Shown here in pieces: positions 32,632 through 41,253 of a stretch of 64,000 bases of DNA; position 1 is the first letter of the stretch, and every line of letters begins with the position of its first letter. Origin of the DNA: an uncultured Fibrobacteria bacterium. Its GTDB lineage: Bacteria; Fibrobacterota; Fibrobacteria; UBA11236. The DNA lies in the NCBI GenBank assembly GCA_963716395.1, contig OY970309.1, forward strand, positions 1,566,485 through 1,630,484. Reading direction: 5' to 3'. The translations under genes were made by a program, and so were the position numbers. Under the pieces are notes generated by a model. That model searched no databases and was not told the origin of the DNA. It saw only the letters and a list, made by a program, of their open reading frames with translations.

Positions 32632-35211
32632 TCATTCTCCAACCGGCTCCTTCGGGCAAAGAAATTCCAGCGCCGGCGGAAGCGCGGTGAACATGACCAG
32701 CAACCCGGCCCCGATGCCGAGCGTGGCCAGAAATCCGATGGTTTGCATTCCCTTGTGGCTTACGAAGCAGAGGCCGGTGAATCCGAACATGTTATTGAGC
32801 GTCCCGGTCAACACCGCCGAACCCGTGGTGTGATAGAGTTCGGTCATGCGGCCGGCCCCCAACTCCAGGCGACGGTGATAGAGATGGATCACCGAATCCA
32901 CCGAAACCGAAAGGATGGTGGGCAGCACCACCAGGTTGAAGACGCCGAGTTTCAAACCCAGGATTCCCATGCACTTGTAGGTCCAATAAGCCGAAAGCAC
33001 GATGAAACCCACGGCGATCAAAACACCGCGCCAACTGCGCATGTCGAGCCAGGTGATGAGAATCAATAGCAGCAGAGTCGCAGCCGCCAGCAACGGCGCG
33101 TCTTCTTTGACCATGCGCACCACGTCGGCGTAAATGAAACCGCTGCTGGCCACCAGCACCGGGCCTTGCGCGGAAGGGAGGTGTTGGAAGCGCGCCTGGA
33201 ATTTGGCGCTTTCCAGGGCGTCGCTTTCGCGCATCTGGGCGTAGAGATAACCCAATTTTCCGTGGCTGCCGTCGGCTTCGGTGAGAAAGCGCTGCGCCCA
33301 GACCGGAAGATCGCGAAAACCGAAAACCCCCACGTCCAAATGATTCTTGAGCAACGCCAGTTCGGCCCGGGTGGAAGAGTCGACCCGGCGCAGCGCACGG
33401 GCGTTCAGGAGCGTGCGGATTTCCCCGAGAATTTGCAGGCGTTCCCGTTGAGCCGGCAGGGGCGGCACGAAGCTTTGGATGGTGATGAAACTTTTCAGCA
33501 TGCTGTCCGCCGGAGTTCCGTAACGCGCGGCCAGGGAGTCGTGCACCGAGCGCATTTGCGCTTCGCTGTGGCCGAGAATAATGGCGGGAGAGGTGTTCCG
33601 CCCTCCGCCCACGGCCCGGCCGTAACTGATGCTCGACCCGGTGCTGCGGCCGCGGAGGTTTTGGAAATCGTTTTCGAAACGTACGCTGGGTCCGAAGGCG
33701 ATGGCCAAGGTGAACAAGGCCGACACGATTCCCAGGACGACGAGTCTCTTCCGTGAAAGGCGAATTTCGGGGAGCAGAAGTCCGCCCTGCACATCATGGG
33801 ATGAAGGGAGCAGCCAGTGCAGAACGGTTTTGACCGCGGGCCTCGCGGCGAAAACGCGATCCAGCCGAGCGGTCATGCGCAGCACCAGAAAGAAGAGTGG
33901 AGGCATTACGACCCAATTGGCCAGCAAGGCAAGGCCGATGCCGAAGCAAACCACGATGCCGAACTCCTGGAAACCCTTGAAATGCCCCACTTGCAGGCTC
34001 AGCATGGCGAACACATTGGTGGCCGCTCCGGAGAGCAGGGATCTTCCGGTGGCCACCATGGCGCGACCCATGGCGTCGACGGGCTTGAACCCGGTGCGGC
34101 CTTCTTCGGCCCAGCGCGCATACAGATGCACGGCGTATTCGATGCCGAGACCCAAGATGAGCGAGAGAATGAAGGCGGTCAGCAAGGTCAGCCGCCGGTA
34201 CACCAGATACGTCAGGCCCATGGCCCAGGCCATGGCCACGAACAGCGGAATGTTGATCAGGAGCAGATTCACGGGTTTACGCACGAAGAACCAGAGCAGC
34301 ACAAGCATGAGGCCGAAAGAAATCACGCCGGCCAGAATGATGTCGCCCACGACCTCTTGGATTTCGTTGAAGTTGCGGTAGGCGCCCGTCACTTGCGCCA
34401 CTAGGCCGGTTCCGTAATCTTCGGGATGCATGCGGGCGAGCAGCGCCTCGCCTTTGTCAAACATCGCCTTCGCGAACGCGGCGTTGGTGGAGGGTTGATT
34501 CAATTGGGCCAGCACTACCGCGACCCAGACACCCTTTTCGGCATGCCATCCCATCAACCGGCTCGAAAGCGAATCGGGCCGCGGAGGCGCAGCGTCGATT
34601 CCCGTATCCAGCGTGGCGGCCGTGGCCGGTTCAATCTTTTTCAGCAAAGCCTCGACGATGTCTTCCGGAAGGCCCTGGCGCCGCAACGACTCGGGATCGG
34701 GCCATCCTTTCAGCGAAGGCGTCGCGGATTCGTCGACCAAAGATTCCACCAGCGGATTCGCCGCGGCGAATTTCGATCCCACCATGCCCCGGATGCGATC
34801 CCGCAAATCGACGAGATCCGATGTCGGCAGATAAAGCAGGGCATGCTTTTCGAAAAACGACGGATCCTGATCGTATTGCACCCACACCGCTTCCGGCCAG
34901 GTTTGCAAAGACTCGGCCACGGCCTTTTGGAACCGGCCCAGGTCTGCGAGCGAAGGCGACTGCATGGCGATGGTGAAAAAATCGGTCGACCCTTTGCGCC
35001 GCTCGGCTTCTTCGATGGCGAGCTTCGAGGGCGTTCCCTTGGGCAGCAAGACCCGCAAATCGGTGTCGATGCGCAGGTTTCTGGCCACATAGGTTCCGGC
35101 CCAGGCTGTCAAGGCGATGAAGGCCAGGGGAATCCAGGGCCAGGCATGGGAAAACCGCACATAGCCCCAGGCCAGGCGCGCGAAAAATCCCGATTTATCC
35201 TGGGTATTCAT
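32632..35211 (-). CDS. MMPL/RND-superfamily exporter (HpnN-like, two SSD-type TM bundles)
   Basis: 859 aa. 12-TM topology with two large periplasmic loops, as in RND/MMPL transporters. Confidence 0.85.
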   Translation of the reverse strand: MNTQDKSGFFARLAWGYVRFSHAWPWIPLAFIALTAWAGTYVARNLRIDTDLRVLLPKGTPSKLAIEEAERRKGSTDFFTIAMQSPSLADLGRFQKAVAESLQTWPEAVWVQYDQDPSFFEKHALLYLPTSDLVDLRDRIRGMVGSKFAAANPLVESLVDESATPSLKGWPDPESLRRQGLPEDIVEALLKKIEPATAATLDTGIDAAPPRPDSLSSRLMGWHAEKGVWVAVVLAQLNQPSTNAAFAKAMFDKGEALLARMHPEDYGTGLVAQVTGAYRNFNEIQEVVGDIILAGVISFGLMLVLLWFFVRKPVNLLLINIPLFVAMAWAMGLTYLVYRRLTLLTAFILSLILGLGIEYAVHLYARWAEEGRTGFKPVDAMGRAMVATGRSLLSGAATNVFAMLSLQVGHFKGFQEFGIVVCFGIGLALLANWVVMPPLFFLVLRMTARLDRVFAARPAVKTVLHWLLPSSHDVQGGLLLPEIRLSRKRLVVLGIVSALFTLAIAFGPSVRFENDFQNLRGRSTGSSISYGRAVGGGRNTSPAIILGHSEAQMRSVHDSLAARYGTPADSMLKSFITIQSFVPPLPAQRERLQILGEIRTLLNARALRRVDSSTRAELALLKNHLDVGVFGFRDLPVWAQRFLTEADGSHGKLGYLYAQMRESDALESAKFQARFQHLPSAQGPVLVASSGFIYADVVRMVKEDAPLLAAATLLLLILITWLDMRSWRGVLIAVGFIVLSAYWTYKCMGILGLKLGVFNLVVLPTILSVSVDSVIHLYHRRLELGAGRMTELYHTTGSAVLTGTLNNMFGFTGLCFVSHKGMQTIGFLATLGIGAGLLVMFTALPPALEFLCPKEPVGE

Positions 35212-35250
35212 GTTGCGGCGGGATCGGGACCTCGCGGTTGGGCCGCATGT

Positions 35251-35985
35251 TTACGGCAGTTGCGACCCGAGCAGCCCCTGTTGCAGGCGGATCAATTCGC
35301 CGCAGCCTTTTTCGGCCAGGGCCAATAAGGCGTCGAGTTGCGCGCGCGAGAACACCGCCTCTTCGCCCGTGCCTTGGATCTCGACGAAGTCGCCGGAGTC
35401 GGTCATGACCACGTTCATGTCCACCTCGGCTTCGCTGTCTTCGGCATAGCACAAATCCAGCAAGGGGGTATCTTCCACAATACCTACGCTGACGGCTGCC
35501 ACAAAATGTTTCAGGATTTGTCCGGAAGGAAAAGCCTGCGGCAGGGATTTTTTCATCCGTTGCAAGGCGCGGGCCAGGGCCAGAAATCCGCCCACGATGG
35601 AGGCCGTGCGCGTGCCGCCGTCGGCTTCGATCACGTCGCAGTCGATGATGAGGTGGCGCTCGCCAAGTTTGCTCAAATCGCAGACCCCGCGCAAGGCGCG
35701 GGCGATGAGACGCTGGATTTCCTGCGTGCGGCCCGACGCCCCCGTCCGTTCACGCTTCACCCGCTGCGATGTGCTGCGCGGCAACAGGCTGTACTCGGCC
35801 GACACCCAGCCCTTATTGCGGCCTTTGAGCCAGCGGGGAAGGTCTTCGTCGAGGCTGGCGCAGCAAAGAATGCGCGTGCGCCCCACTTCGACGAAAAACG
35901 AAGCCTCGGCCGAGGCGACGAAATCTTCCGTCACCTTGATGTTACGGAGCTGATCGCGGGCGCGGTTATCGGGGCGTGCTGTCAT
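35251..35985 (-). CDS. rph: Ribonuclease PH
   Basis: ATG 35985 with AAGGAG RBS. ...RPDNRARDQLRNIKVTEDF...GRTRILCCAS...DCDVIEADGGTRTASI... Confidence 0.9.
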   Translation of the reverse strand: MTARPDNRARDQLRNIKVTEDFVASAEASFFVEVGRTRILCCASLDEDLPRWLKGRNKGWVSAEYSLLPRSTSQRVKRERTGASGRTQEIQRLIARALRGVCDLSKLGERHLIIDCDVIEADGGTRTASIVGGFLALARALQRMKKSLPQAFPSGQILKHFVAAVSVGIVEDTPLLDLCYAEDSEAEVDMNVVMTDSGDFVEIQGTGEEAVFSRAQLDALLALAEKGCGELIRLQQGLLGSQLP

Positions 35986-36045
35986 GGGACTCCTTTCTTT
36001 CGGTTTGTCTCGAACCATCCGCCTGCGGCGGACGCTGGGCAAACT

Positions 36046-36933
36046 TTATTGTTTCGGCGTTCGCCGAGTCGCCGAGGGTTTTCGCCCCTTACCGGGGGGT
36101 GGCGGCGTATCGAGACGGGCGCGCGCATAGCTGCCCAGCATCCGCAGGCTGCGGGTCAGGCCGCGCAATTGATCCAGGGTCGCGTGCACCTCGGGATCGG
36201 CGGCTCCGCCGGCGAAGTCGAGATAAAAGCGGTAGGCGAACGGGTTTTCGGGATCGGGGCGCGATTCGATTTTCGTGAGATCGATGGCGTGTGCGGCGAA
36301 GGCGCCCAACAATCGGAACAGCGAACCGGCCTGGTTGCGGCGCGGAATGAAGGTGATACTGGTTTTGAGCGGCCCCGTCACCCCCCGCGCGGGCTGGCGC
36401 GCCACGGCCAGAAAGCGCGTGAAGTTTCGGGCGCGGTTCTGCAAATGGCGGCGCAATACCACGAGGTGGTACAGCTGGGCGGCGCCTTCGCCGGCGATGG
36501 CCGCAACCGGGGTCGAAGTTTCTTTCGTCAGCGATTGGGCCGCGCCCGCAGTGTCGAACCAGGCCACAGGCCGAAGCCGGGGGTGGTCGGAAAAGAAATC
36601 GCCGCATTGCGCCAAAGCCTGGGGATGCGATCGCACTTCGCGCACGGCGGAAAAAGTCGTCCCGGGCCGGGCCAGCAAAGCGTGATCGATGCGCACATAG
36701 GTTTCTCCCGTCACGTACAAGCGATGTTTCAAAAGGAGATCGTAATTCTGGTGGATGCTGCCGGCCAGCGAATTCTCGATGGGCAGCACGCCTGCCCCGG
36801 CCGCGCCGCGATGTACGGCTGCGAAGACGGCCTCGAAGGTGGGTTGCGGCAGCATGCGGCTGCGTGGTCCGAATAGGGTACGCGCCGCCATTTCGCTGTA
36901 GGCCCCGGGCACCCCCTGATACGCGACTTGCAT
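36046..36933 (-). CDS. pheA: Prephenate dehydratase
   Basis: PDT domain (AYQGVPGAYSEMAA...LPIENSLAGSI). ACT domain (ESRP motif TKIESRPDPENPFAYRFYLDF). Confidence 0.85.
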   Translation of the reverse strand: MQVAYQGVPGAYSEMAARTLFGPRSRMLPQPTFEAVFAAVHRGAAGAGVLPIENSLAGSIHQNYDLLLKHRLYVTGETYVRIDHALLARPGTTFSAVREVRSHPQALAQCGDFFSDHPRLRPVAWFDTAGAAQSLTKETSTPVAAIAGEGAAQLYHLVVLRRHLQNRARNFTRFLAVARQPARGVTGPLKTSITFIPRRNQAGSLFRLLGAFAAHAIDLTKIESRPDPENPFAYRFYLDFAGGAADPEVHATLDQLRGLTRSLRMLGSYARARLDTPPPPGKGRKPSATRRTPKQ

Positions 36934-36964
36934 TTTGGGTAATGGTAGCTATTGGGCCTGCGCG

Positions 36965-37549
36965 CTAGTCGAGCACGCGCTTCGCGCCTGCGTAATGGTC
37001 GTCGAAATAGTCGGCGTCCAGTCGCGTGTAAGTAACCCCCACGCTGGTTTGCGAATGCATGAAGTACCCGTCGCCCATGTAAATGCCGACGTGATCCACG
37101 AACAGAAAGCCGCGGAAGAAAACCAAATCGCCGGGACGCAAAGCGCTTTTGGAAACCTCGCGGCCGTAATGCGACATGGCCGCGGCGTTGTGGGGAAGGT
37201 TCATGCCCAGAGCTTGGTGAAATACTTCGCGTACGAATCCCGAGCAATCGATGCCCCCGCGGCTTTCGCCGCCAAAGCGGTAAGGCGTGCCCAAATACGA
37301 CTCCGCGGCTTTGCGCAAACGTGCGAAGGCCTCCGAGGCGGGTCGGGCCGCCGGGGCTGCCGGTTGCGCCGCAACCGGTGCCGCTGGCGAAGTTGCAGCC
37401 AAGGCAGCGGGGGGCGTTGCGGTGTAATCGGGATCTTTGGGCGCGACCCAGGCGCCGGCTTGGCGCGAGTAGTAAGGACGCGGCCCGGGGGGCGCGCAGG
37501 CGCAGAGCCAAAGGGCCGTAGCCCAAAGGTTACGGCCGCGAATCCGCAC
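36965..37549 (-). CDS. NlpC/P60 (C40) cell-wall peptidase with Pro/Ala-rich N-terminal linker
   Basis: Catalytic region GIDCSGFVREVF...H...H at the C-terminus. GTG start at 37549 inferred. Overlaps the last ~20 nt of gatA. Confidence 0.7.
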   Translation of the reverse strand: MRIRGRNLWATALWLCACAPPGPRPYYSRQAGAWVAPKDPDYTATPPAALAATSPAAPVAAQPAAPAARPASEAFARLRKAAESYLGTPYRFGGESRGGIDCSGFVREVFHQALGMNLPHNAAAMSHYGREVSKSALRPGDLVFFRGFLFVDHVGIYMGDGYFMHSQTSVGVTYTRLDADYFDDHYAGAKRVLD

Positions 37550-38963
37550 CCACGAGCGTTTCCACGGCGGCCGCGACCTGAAACAGTTCCTGTTCCGCAA
37601 AGGGGCGGCCGATGAGTTGTAGCCCCACGGGAAGGGAATCGGTCTTGCCGGCCGGAAGCGACAGGCCGGGCAAACCGGCCAGGTTGACGGCCACGGTGTA
37701 GATGTCTTGCAAATACATGGCCAGGGGATCCTGAAACACTTCGCCCACCTTGGGGGGCGGCGAAGGCATAGTGGGCATGGCCACCACATCGCATTGCGAA
37801 AAGGCGCGGCCGAAGTCTTCGGTGATCACTCGACGCACCTTCTGCGCCTGCATGTAATAGGCGTCGTAAAATCCCGAGGACAAGACGTAGGTGCCGAGCA
37901 AAATGCGCTTTTTGACCTCGAAGCCGAAGCCCTCGGATCGCGACCGGGCGTACAAATCGTACAGATCCTTGGGCGCTGCGGCGCGGTAGCTGTAGCGCAC
38001 GCCGTCGTAGCGCGCCAGATTGGCCGAGGCTTCGGCCGTGGCCAGAACATAATAAGCGGCCACCGCGTAGCGCAGGCTGGGCAGGCTCAACTCGATCACG
38101 CGCGCGCCCGCGCCTTCGGCGGCGGTGATGGCCGCGCGCACCGCCGCAGCCACGCCGGGATGCAACCCGTCGCCGAAACACTCCTTGGGCACGCCCAGGG
38201 TTTTGCCTTCCAGGCCGCCTTGCAGGAGTTCGGTGAAGTCGGGCACCGGCTGCTGCGACGAGGTGTTGTCATGCACGTCGGGTCCCGCCATGACGTTGAG
38301 GAGATAGGCGACGTCGGGAACGCTGCGGGCAAAGGACCCGATTTGATCCAACGACGAGGCATAGGCGACCAGGCCATAGCGCGATACACGGCCGTAGGTG
38401 GGCTTGAATCCCACCACGCCGCAGCAGGACGCCGGCTGGCGGATGGAGCCGCCGGTATCCGACCCCAACGCCGCCGGCACGGTGTCGGCGGCCACGGCCA
38501 CGGCCGAACCGCCCGACGACCCGCCGGGAATCACCTTCGCGTCGATGGGATTCACGGGTGCGCCGAAGGCGCTGGTCTCCGAAGTCGAGCCCATGGCGAA
38601 TTCGTCGAGATTGGTTTTGCCCACCGGCACGGCTCCCGCGGCCAGAAGTCGCGACACCACGGTGGCGTCATAGGGCGAATGGAAATTTTCCAGCATGCGC
38701 GAGGCGCAGGTGGTGGCGCCGGCCGCCACCACGATGTTGTCCTTCACCGCCAAGGGCACGCCGGCCAGCGGGCCCAGGGTTTCGCCGGCTTCGCGCCGGC
38801 GATCCAAAGCGCGCGCTTTATCCAGCGCGTAGTCGGCCAGCACCGCGAGATAGGCTTTGAGATGCTGGGTGGCGGCGATGCGATCCAGCGCCGATTGCAC
38901 GGAACTTTCGGCGCGGAGCTCGCCGGTTTGCACGCGGCCCGCGAGTTCGGCCAGCGCGCTCAC
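37530..38963 (-). CDS. gatA: Glutamyl-tRNA(Gln)/Aspartyl-tRNA(Asn) amidotransferase subunit A
   Basis: Amidase signature GGSSGGSAVAVAADTVPAALGSDTGGSIRQPAS. GTG start at 38963 overlaps the upstream stop (GTGA). Confidence 0.9.
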   Translation of the reverse strand: MSALAELAGRVQTGELRAESSVQSALDRIAATQHLKAYLAVLADYALDKARALDRRREAGETLGPLAGVPLAVKDNIVVAAGATTCASRMLENFHSPYDATVVSRLLAAGAVPVGKTNLDEFAMGSTSETSAFGAPVNPIDAKVIPGGSSGGSAVAVAADTVPAALGSDTGGSIRQPASCCGVVGFKPTYGRVSRYGLVAYASSLDQIGSFARSVPDVAYLLNVMAGPDVHDNTSSQQPVPDFTELLQGGLEGKTLGVPKECFGDGLHPGVAAAVRAAITAAEGAGARVIELSLPSLRYAVAAYYVLATAEASANLARYDGVRYSYRAAAPKDLYDLYARSRSEGFGFEVKKRILLGTYVLSSGFYDAYYMQAQKVRRVITEDFGRAFSQCDVVAMPTMPSPPPKVGEVFQDPLAMYLQDIYTVAVNLAGLPGLSLPAGKTDSLPVGLQLIGRPFAEQELFQVAAAVETLVGADSRP

Positions 38964-39271
38964 GACCGCCACCACTTGAGCATATACAGCGAGGTGAACA
39001 CGCCCAGCACGCTGCAAAAATTGAACTTGAAGCCGAGGCCCAGGCGCACCTTGATGAGATAGAGATCCACGGCCCAGCCGTTCTGGTTGTAACCCAGGTC
39101 GAGATCCCACGACTTCACGAAAAAGCTGCGGATGGGGTTGTCGAAACTGCTGCCGCTCATCTCGCCCAGCTTACCGAGCAGGTAGCCCAGGGCATTGCCG
39201 AGCACGCCGCCGATGAGAAGTCCGAGCACTACAAAGAGAATGACCAAGCCGAGGTTTTTATGCCGATCCAT
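38960..39271 (-). CDS. Small membrane protein (DUF4321-like)
   Basis: 103 aa, N-terminal TM helix NLGLVILFVVLGLLIGGVLG. Translationally coupled to gatA. Confidence 0.5.
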   Translation of the reverse strand: MDRHKNLGLVILFVVLGLLIGGVLGNALGYLLGKLGEMSGSSFDNPIRSFFVKSWDLDLGYNQNGWAVDLYLIKVRLGLGFKFNFCSVLGVFTSLYMLKWWRS

Positions 39272-39306
39272 GCCGCTCCCGCTGAAAACGATCCCGTTTC
39301 GGAAAC

Positions 39307-40458
39307 TTAGAAGATACTCCGCGAGCGCGGAGCTTCTTGCAGCGTCATTTCCGTCCGCCGGTTTTGGCCATGGCGGCGATAGAGAATTTCCACTTTCTCC
39401 CCGACTTGGAATTGCCGGAATAAATCGAGGACATCCTGCAAATCGTCGATGCGCTTGCCGGCCACCGCGTACAGCACGTCGCCGGCTTGCAATCCCGCCT
39501 TGTCGGCCGGAGAACCGGCGTCGACGCGCGCCACCGTCACACCGTGGTGGTGGGGATTGTAATCGGGCTCGGCGTACAGGCCCGTGGTGAATTGCCGGAT
39601 GGTTCCGTATTTCAGCAATTCGTCCATGACCAGCTTGGCTTTTTCAATGGGAATGGCGAATCCGAGGCCGATTGATCCCTGCGACGATCCGCCCCCGGTC
39701 AGAATGAAGGTGTTGATGCCGATGACCTTGCCGTCGGTGTTCACCAGCGGCCCGCCGGAATTGCCCGGATTAATGCTGGCGTCGGTTTGAATCATGTTGA
39801 AGTAGTGGATGCCGCTCTGGCTGCTGAAGGAGCGGCGCACCGCGCTGATCACCCCCACCGTGACCGTGGGCTTGGGGTCGCCGATCAAATAGCCGAAGGG
39901 GTTGCCGATGGCCACCACCCATTCGCCGATCAGATTGTCATCGACCGTCTGCAATCGCGCCACCGGCAGATTTTTGGCCTGGATGGAAAGCACCGCAATG
40001 TCGTTGTCGGCGTCGGCGCCCACGACCTTGGCGGGAAACTGGCGCCCGTCGGGCAAGGTCACCCAGACGGCTTGGAGTTCGCCGCCCTCGTTAACGCCCA
40101 GCACATGCGCGTTGGTGAGAATATGGCCCTCGTGGTCCACGATGAAACCCGACCCCAGGCTGCTGATTTCGCGGCGGCGCAGTTGCGGGCCGAAAAAATC
40201 GAAAAAGGGATCTCCCGACGGGCGTTCGGCCACCACGTCGCTGCGGCGCACGTTGACGCTCACCACGGCCGGCGAGGTTTCTTCGGTAGCGATGACGATG
40301 GCATTGCGGCGGCTGTTGGAGACGCCGGTTGCCGACGCCGCGGCCTGGGGGGGATCGGGCGCCTTGACCGGCGGAGTTCCCTGTGCGGTGTAATGGCCTA
40401 CGGCCAAGGCAACCGCGGCGCCCAAGCCCATCCACACCACGTTTTTAAAAATCATCAT
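39307..40458 (-). CDS. HtrA/DegP-family serine protease with PDZ domain
   Basis: Catalytic triad context (TNAHV...DIAVL...GNSGGPLV). C-terminal PDZ (GVTVARVDAGSPADKAGLQAGDVL). Confidence 0.85.
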   Translation of the reverse strand: MMIFKNVVWMGLGAAVALAVGHYTAQGTPPVKAPDPPQAAASATGVSNSRRNAIVIATEETSPAVVSVNVRRSDVVAERPSGDPFFDFFGPQLRRREISSLGSGFIVDHEGHILTNAHVLGVNEGGELQAVWVTLPDGRQFPAKVVGADADNDIAVLSIQAKNLPVARLQTVDDNLIGEWVVAIGNPFGYLIGDPKPTVTVGVISAVRRSFSSQSGIHYFNMIQTDASINPGNSGGPLVNTDGKVIGINTFILTGGGSSQGSIGLGFAIPIEKAKLVMDELLKYGTIRQFTTGLYAEPDYNPHHHGVTVARVDAGSPADKAGLQAGDVLYAVAGKRIDDLQDVLDLFRQFQVGEKVEILYRRHGQNRRTEMTLQEAPRSRSIF

Positions 40459-41191
40459 CGGGGTAACTCACCCGTTCCAGACATAATCCCTGCGGCGGAG
40501 CCCACAGGCGCGGGCCGCGAAAGGCGTCGGCCAGAACCGCGGCGGTCGAACCTGCGGGATGCGCGCCCCGTGCCACGTCGACGCACAGGCCCACCACCGA
40601 GCGCACCATTTTGTGCAAAAAGCGGTCGGCTTCCATTCGGATCGCCAGAAAATCTCCTTCGCGCTCGACATCGGCGGTAAGGACGCGGCATGCCGTGGAT
40701 TTTCCGTCATTTCGTGGTATGGAAAAATTTAAAAAATCGTGTTTGCCCAAGACAGCGCGCAACTCGGATTGCAGCGTATGCTCGTCGAGAGCAAAGCCGG
40801 TATGCCAGCTCAGGGCCGCCCACAAGGCGGTCGGCCGCAGGGCGATGCGATAGAGGTAGCGGCGCGACCGCGCACTGTAACGCGCATGGAACTCCGGCGG
40901 ACAAGGCGCGAGGCCGCGGATGCAGATGGAAGGCCCGGCCAGGGCGTTCACCGAATGCGCGAGCCGCCCGGCATCAATGGCGACTCCGTCGGGAAGATCG
41001 AAATGGGCCACCTGCCCGGTGGCGTGCACGCCGGCGTCGGTGCGGCCGGCCCCGATGACGCGCACCTGCCGACGCAAGGCGGTGGCCAGGGCCTGCTCCA
41101 GAGCGCCTTGCACGGTGGAGGCGCCGGGCTGCGCCTGCCAACCGGCGAAGGGTGCGCCGAAATATTCCACCGTAAACCGATACCGGGGCAT
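40445..41191 (-). CDS. truA: tRNA pseudouridine(38-40) synthase
   Basis: RYRFTVEYFGAPFAGWQAQ...VIGAGRTDAGVHATGQVAHFD are TruA motifs. Start ATG 41191 inferred. Confidence 0.85.
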   Translation of the reverse strand: MPRYRFTVEYFGAPFAGWQAQPGASTVQGALEQALATALRRQVRVIGAGRTDAGVHATGQVAHFDLPDGVAIDAGRLAHSVNALAGPSICIRGLAPCPPEFHARYSARSRRYLYRIALRPTALWAALSWHTGFALDEHTLQSELRAVLGKHDFLNFSIPRNDGKSTACRVLTADVEREGDFLAIRMEADRFLHKMVRSVVGLCVDVARGAHPAGSTAAVLADAFRGPRLWAPPQGLCLERVSYPDDDF

Positions 41192-41253
41192 GTCCCAAAA
41201 GATATTCGGGAACAAGGCGCGGTCGCCACGATCCGTGTCGGTGCGAAGCGTCC

